A DNA stretch of 64,000 nt. It comes from Candidatus Zixiibacteriota bacterium. Its GTDB lineage: Bacteria > Zixibacteria > MSB-5A5 > GN15 > JAAZOE01. The notes beneath the pieces were generated by a model that saw only the letters and a list, made by a program, of their open reading frames with translations, searched no databases and had not been told where the DNA came from. Both the position numbers and the translations under genes were made by a program. This document shows, in pieces, positions 49,396-59,576 of the stretch; the first letter of the stretch is position 1; every line of letters starts with the position of its first letter. Where the stretch lies: contig JBDREQ010000039.1 in the NCBI GenBank assembly GCA_043819555.1, forward strand, positions 37,828 through 101,827, in the 5' to 3' direction.

Positions 49396-50841
49396 GTGCT
49401 GAAGCATTTGATACATAAAGAACTGAAGGCCATACTTTTAAGTCCCAAGTTTTTCACGACCTTTGGGATCTGTTCCCTGCTCCTTCTTATCAGCGTATTC
49501 ATCGGCATTAAAGAATATCAAACCCAGCTTAAGCAATACGAGACGAGTATTAATCTGGCCAATCAGGAAATTTCCGAAGAAACCAGCTGGTCCAATTTGG
49601 AACATAAGGTTCTGCGTAAGCCTGATCCTTTGCAGATTTTTGTCTCCGGATTAAGCAACGATATCGGACGGTGGTCTTTGATTTCTCCGGAAGTCTCCGT
49701 CAAATTAAAACACTCCATATATTCTGATGATCCCATCTTTGCCGTTTTTCGTTTTGTTGATTTCGCGTTTATCGTTCAGGTTATTTTGACTCTGTTTGCG
49801 ATTCTTTTTACATATGATGCCATATGCGGAGAACGCGAACAAGGCATGCTGCGATTGCTCTTTGCCAACGCGGTGAACCGATCACATTATATTGTTGCCA
49901 AGATAATCGGAGCCTGGTTGGGATTAGTCATACCACTTTTAATACCGACAATACTATGCCTACTCATTGTTATAATATTCCAGGTTCCGCTCACACCCGA
50001 ACATTGGACAAGACTTCTGGTGTTTCTGGGACTCTCCGGCCTGTTCTTTACTTTCTTCATCGTTTTTGGAGTCTTTATATCTTCATTGACTCGCCGTTCG
50101 AGTATTTCTTTTTTAATTTCTCTCATGCTCTGGGTTTTATTTGTTCTAATTATACCTCGAGCCGGCATCATTACGGCAGGCCAAATAGTGGAAGTGCCTC
50201 GCCTGGCGGAAATAGATGGTCAGCGTGATGCTTATGCCAGGGACAAATGGGACGAATTTTATAAAGGCATGGTACAGCGAACTCGCGATCTATACGCCGA
50301 AAATGGAGAACGGGATGAAATGGCCGAATGGCGCCATATGGAAGAAGAAGATTCACTGAGGAAAGAGGTGATAAAAGACATCGAAAATCACTACATCCGC
50401 CTAATGGATGAACTCAACCGACGCCAAACCATCCGTGAAAAACTGGCTCTCAATTTATCCCGTCTATCTCCGGTCTCGGCTTATCAACTGGCCGCTTCGG
50501 ATTTGGCGGGAACTGATATTGGCTTGAAAAATAGATATAATGAGTCCATGTCGCGGTATCGAGAATCATTTATTGAATATGTTAATAAAAAACAGAAGGA
50601 AAACGGCGGCGGCGTGGCGGGAATAAATATTATGATGTCCAGCGAAACAGGATTAAGCATTCAGGTACCTCAAGCCGACGACGTCCTTGATATCAGCGAT
50701 ATGCCAAAGTATTTTCCGGAAGAAGCCATTTATCGCGGCGGGCTGGAGAATATCGTCATCAATGCCGGAATAATCAGTCTTTACACAATTCTGGCTTTTG
50801 CCGGGGCATTTATCCGCATGCTGAAATATGATGTCAGGTAA
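49396..50841 (+). CDS. ABC-2-type permease, paralog of the preceding gene
   Basis: YDAICGEREQGMLRL; ends in KYDVR; collinear with 47960-49375. Confidence 0.88.
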   Translation: MLKHLIHKELKAILLSPKFFTTFGICSLLLLISVFIGIKEYQTQLKQYETSINLANQEISEETSWSNLEHKVLRKPDPLQIFVSGLSNDIGRWSLISPEVSVKLKHSIYSDDPIFAVFRFVDFAFIVQVILTLFAILFTYDAICGEREQGMLRLLFANAVNRSHYIVAKIIGAWLGLVIPLLIPTILCLLIVIIFQVPLTPEHWTRLLVFLGLSGLFFTFFIVFGVFISSLTRRSSISFLISLMLWVLFVLIIPRAGIITAGQIVEVPRLAEIDGQRDAYARDKWDEFYKGMVQRTRDLYAENGERDEMAEWRHMEEEDSLRKEVIKDIENHYIRLMDELNRRQTIREKLALNLSRLSPVSAYQLAASDLAGTDIGLKNRYNESMSRYRESFIEYVNKKQKENGGGVAGINIMMSSETGLSIQVPQADDVLDISDMPKYFPEEAIYRGGLENIVINAGIISLYTILAFAGAFIRMLKYDVR

Positions 50842-50846
50842 AATAG

Positions 50847-52205
50847 TTATGAAAATCTCAGTATGAAACGGGTCATTTGATTGGGAGTTGACTGAACCGA
50901 AATACTGCCTTGATGTAAACGCATGATTTGCCGGGATAGGCTAAGGCCAATACCGGAACCTTCCTTCTTTGTCGTAAAGAAAGGAGTGAACAATCGCTCC
51001 TTTATATCATCATCAAATCCGGGGCCATTATCCTCCACCGTGATAAGAACGCGCCCGCGATCATTCAATTTGACCTCTATCAGGATTATAGGATTATCCG
51101 TCCCCGAAAGCGCTTCAATCGCATTCAATAGCAAATTAATTATGACCTGTTCGATTAATTCATTGTCTGCAAATAATCGCAGATTATCGGGTTCAACGTT
51201 TAATTGAATTTCAATCCCTCCATGATCCAACTGACTCCTCATGAATTTAATGATTCCTTCAAGAAAAGATACCACTCTGAAGTTTACAAAATCCGGTTTG
51301 GGGATACGGGTCAGATTTCGATAGGCATCAACAAAATGCAATAATCCTCTGCTTCTTTTTTCGATCGTCGCGGCGGCCTGCCGAATATCTTTTCTGATAT
51401 CGAATGGTAATGCGGCGTTTTCTCCATCGTCCAATTCGGTTTCTTCTATTAATTCATGGACCGTGGAAGCCAATGACGCAATGGGTGTGATTGAATTCAT
51501 AATCTCATGCGTCAAGACTCTTATGAGTTTCTGCCAGGCCGCCATTTCCTGCTCAGCCAATTCACTTTCAATATTTTGCATTGAGATCAATTTAAGAAGT
51601 TTATCGCGCATTCTAAACTCGGTGCAATGAATTGCCAGAGTGATATTCTCCTCACCATCGTCAATCTTTATCAGAGCTTTTTCGCCTGTCCTGGAGTCAT
51701 TTAAAGCGCGTACCAATTCAGGCGAGAAATCATGCAATTTGTTAATGTTGCTTAAGTGATTTACGCGCAAAAGACTTTTGGCGGCCCTATTGATCAGATC
51801 TATACTGCCCTGCGCGTCGAAAGATAATATCCCCAATCCTATATGTTGTACCAAAGTCTGAAGATAGCGATATTGCTGTTCCTTTTCTGAGCGGTCTTCG
51901 CGAAATTGAGCTATGACCTCCGAAAAGGCTTTAGCCAGATTGTCATGAGACGGTCCGCGGCCACCGCCAGAAAAAGAACTCGAAAAATCGGAATATTTAA
52001 TTGATTCCAGAAAGCGGGTTAAATCCCGATTTGTTTTTTCCGCATAATAAATTAATGACACAATTTGACCAACGAGCAAACCGCTGACCATCACAATCAC
52101 CGCACCGGATTGTGACATGGTCAACAGGAAAATTAATAAGGAGATCGTGGCGGCCAGGAATATGACGCGAACAATTAACTGAATTCGAAATGATTTAAAT
52201 ATCAT
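50847..52205 (-). CDS. PAS-containing sensor histidine kinase (NtrY-like)
   Basis: RVLTHEIMNS, NLLLNAIEA, DNGPG, PFFTTK, GSGIGL. Confidence 0.93.
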   Translation of the reverse strand: MIFKSFRIQLIVRVIFLAATISLLIFLLTMSQSGAVIVMVSGLLVGQIVSLIYYAEKTNRDLTRFLESIKYSDFSSSFSGGGRGPSHDNLAKAFSEVIAQFREDRSEKEQQYRYLQTLVQHIGLGILSFDAQGSIDLINRAAKSLLRVNHLSNINKLHDFSPELVRALNDSRTGEKALIKIDDGEENITLAIHCTEFRMRDKLLKLISMQNIESELAEQEMAAWQKLIRVLTHEIMNSITPIASLASTVHELIEETELDDGENAALPFDIRKDIRQAAATIEKRSRGLLHFVDAYRNLTRIPKPDFVNFRVVSFLEGIIKFMRSQLDHGGIEIQLNVEPDNLRLFADNELIEQVIINLLLNAIEALSGTDNPIILIEVKLNDRGRVLITVEDNGPGFDDDIKERLFTPFFTTKKEGSGIGLSLSRQIMRLHQGSISVQSTPNQMTRFILRFS

Positions 52206-53570
52206 GCTTTTGCATTCTACGGTATAACGACGCCCGGGTCAATCCCAATTCTCTGGCCGCTTTTGACACATTGCCGCCATGTTTGGATAGAGCCATCTTG
52301 ATTACCTTTTGCTCAACATTATCCAGATTGTAGCTATCCAATGACAACCCGTTGCGACTTGTCTTTGATCCCGCAATCATAAAATCACCCGGCTTCAGAA
52401 CCGTGGAATCGCTCATTATAATAGCTCTTTCAATTATATGATCCAATTCGCGGATATTTCCCGGCCAATTGTGATGCTCCAGTTTTTTCAATGCTGTCGA
52501 AGAAATTTGAGTAATATCCTTCATGTATTTGCGGCTATAAATTCCCCAAAAGTGGTCGGCCAAAATCGGCAAATCGCCGGTACGCTCTCTCAAGGGAGGC
52601 AGCTTGATCTCCACTGTATTGATACGATATAATAAATCCTGCCGGAATTTATTTTCAGCGACCATGTCATAGATTGGAAGATTAGTAGCGCAAATCAGTC
52701 GAATGTCAATATCTATGGTCTTATTCGAGCCCACGCGATAAAGGGTCTATTATTCAGAGCTGTCAGAAGCTTTGGCTGAAGAGATAGCGGCAGATTCCCG
52801 ATCTCATCAAGGAATAGGGTCCCTCCCGAGGCGGTTTCGAACCGGCCAGCCCGATTGTCTCGAGCATCGGTAAAAGCGCCCCTGACATGCCCGAATAATT
52901 CGCTTTCGAATAAAGATTCCGGAATCGCTCCCATATCAGCCGAAATAAAAACAACATCGGAACGAGACGACCGGCGATGAATTTCACGGGCGACCAATTC
53001 TTTTCCGGTTCCGTTTTCGCCCAGTATTAATACATTGGCATCCGTGGCCGAAACCTTTTCGATGGCGTTAAATACTTCCTGCATCGCCTCCGACTCACCC
53101 AATATTCCTTTATACCGAAGGTCGAGCTGTCCCGAAAGCTGTCTTTCTCGATCTTTGAGAGTTTGGATTTCTTCATGCGAGCGATTCAAACGCATACCAG
53201 CCGATATCGTTGCCAGCAGTTTTTCATTTTGCCACGGCTTCAAAACAAAATCGGCGGCCCCTGCCTTTATCCCCTGAACGGCCATTTCAACGTCACCATA
53301 GGCGGTAATAAGAATAACAACAACCGATGGATCAATCTCCATTATTTTTTCCAGCCAGTAAAAACCCTCTTTTCCACTCGATACATCCTGATTAAAATTC
53401 ATATCAAGAAGAATTACATTGAAATCATTCTCGCTCATTAGATAAGGGATATTTTGGGGATTAGATTCAATTGTCACAGACGAGACATATTTCTTCAAAA
53501 GCAGCATAGCCGCCTGCAAAACATCTTCATCATCATCAACAATTAATATTCGCCCGATCTCTTGCGTCAT
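52195..53570 (-). pseudogene. Sigma54-dependent response regulator (REC-AAA-HTH) split by a 1-nt frameshift near 52745
   Basis: ORF 52713-53591 holds REC, GENGTGKE, GAFTDA and LFLDEIG; ORF 52195-52734 resumes at RVGSNK..IDIRLICATN..WPGNIREL..HTH. May be a sequencing error. Confidence 0.85.
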
Positions 53571-53765
53571 AAAACTATTCTTCCGTTTCATTTATAATAT
53601 TCCCATAATTTATACTTTGTTTTAGGAAACTGAAAGTTTAAATCACTTCAAAAAGGCCAAAAAATAAAATAAGTGTACGTTTTTGAACGTATTTAATCTC
53701 ATAAACGAACACATTGTCATTCTTGCAGTATATTTAAAATATTGTCATTTAATGTCTTAACTTCA

Positions 53766-53782
53766 TTGGCACTATCTTTGCT
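53766..53782 (+). promoter_or_regulatory. Sigma54 (-24/-12) promoter
   Basis: TTGGCACTATCTTTGCT matches TGGCAC-N5-TTGC(A/T); divergent from a sigma54 activator gene. Confidence 0.85.
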
Positions 53783-53850
53783 ACACATTTGCCAAATATA
53801 TTAGCAAATTTAGACCTATCAATTGGTTAAAAACAAAATGAGAAACTGAT

Positions 53851-55113
53851 ATGTCAATGGATCGGGAAATAAAAAAGAAGAAAATAACTCCAAAGCGGAT
53901 ATTTTACGGAGTTGGTTCAATAACGCTTTTAGTGATTATAATTTATAGTTACCTGTCGGCCAGCGACGGCGCAACGCTCAGGGTGGAAGCTGAAAAACTA
54001 ACAATATCCGATGTCATTAAAGGTGAGTTTCTGGAGTATATATCAAGTAGCGCCGAAGTCATACCCCTTAAAACCGTATATCTTGATGCTACTCAGGGCG
54101 GGCAAATTACACAAATATTCCTTGAAGAGGGAAGCATTGTCAGGAAGGGTGATAAAATATTACAACTGGATAATACTGATTTGCATCTTGATATTATGTA
54201 CCGCGAGGCTCAATTATTCGAGCAAATAAATAATTTGAGAAATACCAGATTGGCTATGGAGCAAAACCGTCTTCGACTGAGGGCCGATCTTTTGGACATC
54301 GATAGGCAAATTGGGAACACGGAACGACTATATAACCAAAACCGGGATCTCAAAGAAAAGAAACTGATCTCGGATTTTGAATTCAAAAGAGCCAGAGATG
54401 AATATAATTACTGGGTACAAAAGCGCGATTTAACATTGGAAACTCAACGCCAGGATTCGATTTTGAGATCAATCCAGGTAAATCAGCTTGAAGAATCAGT
54501 CGAGCGCATGCAAAACAATCTGGGGGTCGTCAAACAAAAACTTGAAAACCTAATTTTACGGGCGCCAATTGATGGCCAATTATCGTCACTAGACGCTGAG
54601 ATAGGTGTCTCAAAACCAACCGGCAGCCGCCTGGGAAAGATTGATGTACTGGACGGTTTTAAGCTCAGGGTTTATATTGACGAGTATTATATCGCTCGAA
54701 TAAACAGTGGTCAGTCCGGAACGGTAAAAATAATTGATTTGACCCATAGTTTAAGAATCAGCAAAGTATATCCTGAAGTCCGCGATGGACGCTTTCAGAT
54801 CAACTTGGTATTTGTTGACGGCGAGCCGGACGGTATAAGGCAGGGCCAAAGTTTACAAATACGAATAGCCTTGGGGGATTCTGCTTTGGCGACAATGATC
54901 CCCAGCGGCGGTTTTTATCAGACAACCGGGGGGAACTGGATTTTCGTTTTAGATGAATCTCGCGAGTTCGCAATACGTAGAGAAATAAAGATAGGTATGC
55001 GAAATCCTCAAATGTATGAGGTTCTTGATGGGCTTTTGCCTGGAGAAAAGGTGATTACTTCTTCTTATACGAATTATGGAAATTTTGATCGCTTGGTATT
55101 TAAGGATAGGTAA
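53851..55113 (+). CDS. MacA/HlyD-like periplasmic adaptor
   Basis: N-terminal TM, long coiled coil, RAPIDGQL, GLLPGEKVITS. Confidence 0.9.
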   Translation: MSMDREIKKKKITPKRIFYGVGSITLLVIIIYSYLSASDGATLRVEAEKLTISDVIKGEFLEYISSSAEVIPLKTVYLDATQGGQITQIFLEEGSIVRKGDKILQLDNTDLHLDIMYREAQLFEQINNLRNTRLAMEQNRLRLRADLLDIDRQIGNTERLYNQNRDLKEKKLISDFEFKRARDEYNYWVQKRDLTLETQRQDSILRSIQVNQLEESVERMQNNLGVVKQKLENLILRAPIDGQLSSLDAEIGVSKPTGSRLGKIDVLDGFKLRVYIDEYYIARINSGQSGTVKIIDLTHSLRISKVYPEVRDGRFQINLVFVDGEPDGIRQGQSLQIRIALGDSALATMIPSGGFYQTTGGNWIFVLDESREFAIRREIKIGMRNPQMYEVLDGLLPGEKVITSSYTNYGNFDRLVFKDR

Positions 55114-55158
55114 CATAGATATAGAGCTGTCAAACCACAAATTTGACGACATTGGAAA

Positions 55159-55860
55159 TTGGAGAATAAAATGATTCGAACCAACAATTTAATGAAGGTC
55201 TATCGAACCGAAGAAATTGAGACAACAGCCCTCAATTCAATTAATATGGAGATCAAAGAAGGCGAATTTGTATCTATCATGGGGCCGTCAGGATGCGGCA
55301 AATCAACTCTATTAAATCTGCTGGGATTGCTCGACAATCCATCCGGCGGTGAATACTATTTTCTCGATGAAAAAGTATCACATTATAGCGAGCGTCAACG
55401 AGCCAGCCTGAGAAAAAAAAATATCGGATTTGTTTTCCAGAGTTTTAACCTCATTGATGAGTTAACCGTTTTTGAAAATGTGGAACTACCTCTTCTTTAC
55501 CTCGGAGTTTCTTCCGCAGAACGAAAAATGAGAGTTGAGGAGACTCTGGATCATATGCAAATTATCGCTCGAAAAAAGCATTTTCCTCAACAATTATCAG
55601 GCGGGCAGCAACAGCGTGTCGCCGTCGCTCGAGCTTTAGTGGCCAAACCAAAAATGATATTGGCGGATGAGCCAACCGGCAATCTCGATTCCGCGCATGG
55701 CGATGAAGTCATGGGACTTTTATCAGAACTCAATTCCAATGGCACAACGATAGTCATGGTGACTCATTCGCCAGCTTATGCCGAGTATGGTAATCGCATA
55801 ATTCACCTTTTTGACGGGCAGATTGTGACGGAAAATGTTCAGGAAAAATTCCGTGTATAG
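55159..55860 (+). CDS. MacB/LolD-family ABC ATPase
   Basis: [40 protein letters not shown]; start may be ATG at 55171. Confidence 0.95.
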   Translation: MENKMIRTNNLMKVYRTEEIETTALNSINMEIKEGEFVSIMGPSGCGKSTLLNLLGLLDNPSGGEYYFLDEKVSHYSERQRASLRKKNIGFVFQSFNLIDELTVFENVELPLLYLGVSSAERKMRVEETLDHMQIIARKKHFPQQLSGGQQQRVAVARALVAKPKMILADEPTGNLDSAHGDEVMGLLSELNSNGTTIVMVTHSPAYAEYGNRIIHLFDGQIVTENVQEKFRV

Positions 55861-56125
55861 CTTTGGCTCAAAAGATTCAAACTTTGACAGGAAAGCACAA
55901 AGCAACCTATGTTTGTAACATATCGTCTTTTAAGACTTGCTCCCCACATAATAGCTGGAGTATGTCTATTATGGGAGACTATTAGATTGCTGTTTTAATT
56001 TTTATCAAAAAAATTGAACGGATATTGCCCCAATATCGATCATCCTTACCGTCATTTTTCAGGCGATAAAAGCAGGCAATCAGAATCCGGTTGAAACTAT
56101 CAGGGATGAATGATTTCTAAGCAGA

Positions 56126-56575
56126 CTATAATTTGAGAAGACCTCTGATTATTTCATTTAATTCCTGAATTCGGAAAGGCTTGGGAAGACAGACGTCCGC
56201 GCCCATCTGAAGCATCGAATCAAGAACGTGAGGAACTCCCGAAATAGCAATAATGCTTGCGCTTTTATTTTTTGCCTGGGTTCTGATAAATCTTAGGATA
56301 TCGCCCCCGTCCAAATCAGGAAGATTAACGTCAAGAATTATCAAATCAAAAACATTGAATTCCAATAATTTGAGTGCGCCGCCACCCGTCAGGGATGATT
56401 TTATTTCGGTCGCTGCGTCTATTACTTCGAGAACTTTTGAAAGAGTTTCAATCACTTCTTTATCATCATCGACAATAAGAATCCGCAGAGGCGTTTGTCT
56501 GGTTTTAATCACCTGATCAAGACCACCATTTGGTTCTGGCGCCAAATATTTTATATTTTTATCTTCAGACATCAT
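56126..56575 (-). CDS. Single-domain response regulator (CheY-like)
   Basis: ILIVDDD, LDVNLPDLDG, ISG, KPF; no output domain. Confidence 0.88.
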   Translation of the reverse strand: MMSEDKNIKYLAPEPNGGLDQVIKTRQTPLRILIVDDDKEVIETLSKVLEVIDAATEIKSSLTGGGALKLLEFNVFDLIILDVNLPDLDGGDILRFIRTQAKNKSASIIAISGVPHVLDSMLQMGADVCLPKPFRIQELNEIIRGLLKL

Positions 56576-56736
56576 TCAATTTTAATTTATCGCCCCCAGG
56601 AACAGTACCAAAATCTCTGAACAAATTGATCCCTATAATTTTATCGGCAATAATTGAAAGAGCCTTAGACAAATAAATCCGGAGACGTCATCGGAAAAGT
56701 GAATCGCTTATTCGCTATTATGGTACCTGTAAGTAC

Positions 56737-59562
56737 TTACCGGTACCCAAAGATAATCGCATATATAATCAGTATAACCAAAGCTATTCCAGTGAAAAGG
56801 GCAAAACCCCCAAATACTCTGGCGGCTTTTACCAGCACCGGCGGTAATGGCTGAGTCAGTTTTTTCTTGAATTTGCGCGAGCCCAGGAGTTCCCGATACT
56901 CACGCGGCCGCTCCAACCGAAGTTCCTCGACAGTCATCCGTCCGGTAAATATAACCGTATCCATTGGAAATTTATCGGGGCGGAAATGAGTATTAAAGAA
57001 GTGAATGGTAAAGATAAATGCCGTCGCCAGAAGAGCCTCATCGGAATGAATTATCGTTGCGACATTTATCATCCAGCCGGGCATAAAATGCGTAAATAGT
57101 TCCGGAAACCACAAGATAAGCCCGGTTGAACCGATGATTACAACGCCCCAAAAAACGGCAAAATAATCGAATTTTTCCCAGTATGTCCAGCGCCCATAAT
57201 CGGGTCTGGGACCTTTACCCAAAAACCATTTAAATGTCGCGATTAAATCCTTGATATCATCTTTGTTGGGAATCATCGAATTGGCGCTAAACAGGACTTC
57301 TTTCCATGATTTTCCACTTTTGATTTTTCCGTGGATTACGTCAAAAATGTGAATTCCAAAATAGGAAAAAGTTATAATAGCACATAAACGATGGACGACA
57401 CTGGTGGCATCAAATCCACCCAGCATATTTGAAAGCCATTGCGCCCAGGCCAAATATGAAAACTTGAGAACCATGCCGGTTATTGCCAAACCGAGAAAAC
57501 TAACGATAACCATAATGTGTAAAACGCTATGCAGTCTCCTGAATCGACGGTAATGCAATCGACCACGCGCCCGAGCCATCATTTCCTTATGCTCCTTCAT
57601 CGCCTTGATTGACCGGGGTAGCCACATCAATGTATGAGTTCCGGCCAGCATCAGCGTTCCTACCAGTAGAAATGTCATGAACCAGAAAGTATAAAACAGA
57701 ATAGGATATTTATCCCGATCGTGATGGGTTGCATGCGTGAGATATCCGGCAAAATTCCGGTGAGAACCGGCGTGACATTTACCGCATGTCGCCACGATAT
57801 TCTGGCGGGATAATTTAGAATTGATATTGCTCGGCGGGAGAATATCGTGAGAGCCGTGGCAATCGTGGCAACGGGCGGCGCCATTATAGCCAAGACGTGA
57901 GACTTTACCGTGGTGGGTATCGAAATATGATTCCGTTACCTCGGCATGACATTTGCCGCACTGGCCGGTAATCTGTTCCATAAATCCATTGGAATCGGTT
58001 CGGGATATGCTGTGCGATTGGTGGCATTGACTGCAGTTGGGCAAAGGCAAATCGGTTTTGGTGATACTGGGTGAATGAACGCTATTAACGAATTTTTCAA
58101 AAATGCCGTTATGGCATTTGGCGCAGGTCTTGGCCACATTATCATGATGAACGCTCGACCGAGGATCATCCTTGGGCAATTCAAAATGATTGGTATGGCA
58201 ATCAGTACACATGGCCGTCACGACCAGACCGCTTTCCAAAAGTCCTTTGCCGTGAATGCTCATTGTGTAACTGTCAGCCATAATAGGTTCCCCGCGTTGC
58301 TTGCGCCGCATCGCCGCCGCTCCTTTGGCCACATGGCACTCGCCGCATAATTTCGGGACATTGGTGGGGTAAGTAGGAGAATTTGGTTCCTGACGTTTTT
58401 TTATGCCATGAATCCCATGGCAATCGACGCATATGGGAGCGGCCTGATCGCCCCGCGCGGCAAGGGTTCCATGAATGCTCATATTATAATTATCAACCGC
58501 TTCGGTATGACAGATAGAACAATCAACCCTCGTGATGACGGTCTCGCAGGAACGCTTCAAACTCGGACTAACCCCGGTATGGCACTGTGCGCAGGTAATT
58601 GAGCGATGGGTGGAGCCATGCACTTCATCAGAATCCACAAATAAAGAAAAGTCTTCACCGTCGCGAATAATCTTGAGGTTCGGATTTGAGTGGCATCCCA
58701 TACACTCCTCGCTTGAAACCTCTCCGTAGAAAACCTTTCTGATCTCATGAGGTTGATGGCAATCAACACATACGGGAACTTTATTGGGCTCTTTTTCCCA
58801 CAACTCACCTTGAATGAATTTTTTGTGTACCAGCTTGATTCGGCCGTGACATTGCATACACGTATTTGCAATATTGTCGCGATGAATGGAGGAACGCGAA
58901 TCGGTATGGGGCAGAACGTTATGAGCCGTATGGCAGTTGGAACAAACCGCCGTAACGGTTAATCCCTGCTGCAAAAGGCCTATGCCGTGAATCGACAAGG
59001 AATAATGTGACAGGATGCTGTCCTGTGGTATATCATAGGTTTGCGTAACCTTTGAGCCTTCCTTATGGCATCGCCCGCACATAAAGGGAATATTAAATTT
59101 ATCCACCTGGGAACCGGGTTCATCCTTGGGAATAACATAGTGAGCGCTGTGGCAGTCCTGGCACTTCGGCGCAAATTCCCGTCCCGCCATAGCCATTTGG
59201 CCATGAAGGCTGCCGTTATATATCTCAGCTATATCATCGTGGCAATCGCCGCAATTGACCTTTTTTAGATTCTCAGCATGGGGAAAGTCATCAAAACCAT
59301 CAAGATCGGTATGGCACCCGATACACTCCAGATCAGCATGTATTGAACTATTAAATCTGGCGGCATCTATAAAGAGTGAAACTTCACTCGCATCACGAAC
59401 TTTGGTCAAATCGGGATCTTCGTGGCACATTAAACAATCGTCAATTGATTGAGCCTTGACGTTGTTTTGAACCAGGCCTGAAATTAACAGAAGGGTTAGT
59501 AATACGATTACGCTTCGTCTGGACCCAAATGGAAAGAATCTAACCGTTGATTCTTTTATCAT
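56737..59562 (-). CDS. 19-heme cytochrome c fused to a cytochrome b (FdnI-type) membrane domain, CbcL-like
   Basis: Signal peptide; 19 CxxCH counted by hand; TM domain with H..LH, VHR, GRWTYWEKFDY, IHSDEA, IHFF. Confidence 0.92.
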   Translation of the reverse strand: MIKESTVRFFPFGSRRSVIVLLTLLLISGLVQNNVKAQSIDDCLMCHEDPDLTKVRDASEVSLFIDAARFNSSIHADLECIGCHTDLDGFDDFPHAENLKKVNCGDCHDDIAEIYNGSLHGQMAMAGREFAPKCQDCHSAHYVIPKDEPGSQVDKFNIPFMCGRCHKEGSKVTQTYDIPQDSILSHYSLSIHGIGLLQQGLTVTAVCSNCHTAHNVLPHTDSRSSIHRDNIANTCMQCHGRIKLVHKKFIQGELWEKEPNKVPVCVDCHQPHEIRKVFYGEVSSEECMGCHSNPNLKIIRDGEDFSLFVDSDEVHGSTHRSITCAQCHTGVSPSLKRSCETVITRVDCSICHTEAVDNYNMSIHGTLAARGDQAAPICVDCHGIHGIKKRQEPNSPTYPTNVPKLCGECHVAKGAAAMRRKQRGEPIMADSYTMSIHGKGLLESGLVVTAMCTDCHTNHFELPKDDPRSSVHHDNVAKTCAKCHNGIFEKFVNSVHSPSITKTDLPLPNCSQCHQSHSISRTDSNGFMEQITGQCGKCHAEVTESYFDTHHGKVSRLGYNGAARCHDCHGSHDILPPSNINSKLSRQNIVATCGKCHAGSHRNFAGYLTHATHHDRDKYPILFYTFWFMTFLLVGTLMLAGTHTLMWLPRSIKAMKEHKEMMARARGRLHYRRFRRLHSVLHIMVIVSFLGLAITGMVLKFSYLAWAQWLSNMLGGFDATSVVHRLCAIITFSYFGIHIFDVIHGKIKSGKSWKEVLFSANSMIPNKDDIKDLIATFKWFLGKGPRPDYGRWTYWEKFDYFAVFWGVVIIGSTGLILWFPELFTHFMPGWMINVATIIHSDEALLATAFIFTIHFFNTHFRPDKFPMDTVIFTGRMTVEELRLERPREYRELLGSRKFKKKLTQPLPPVLVKAARVFGGFALFTGIALVILIIYAIIFGYR

Positions 59563-59576
59563 TTTAATGAGATCCC

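Noticed and set aside
52735..52750. Programmed -1 frameshift at CCCTTTA in the sigma54 activator
   Set aside because: The heptamer is not in the X_XXY_YYZ phase of the upstream frame, and I see no obvious stimulatory structure. Mutation or sequencing error is simpler.
55909..55998. 29-aa ORF (MFVTYRLLRLAPHII...) as a remnant of the missing MacB permease
   Set aside because: No convincing similarity to permease N-termini and no continuation in other frames that I could see.
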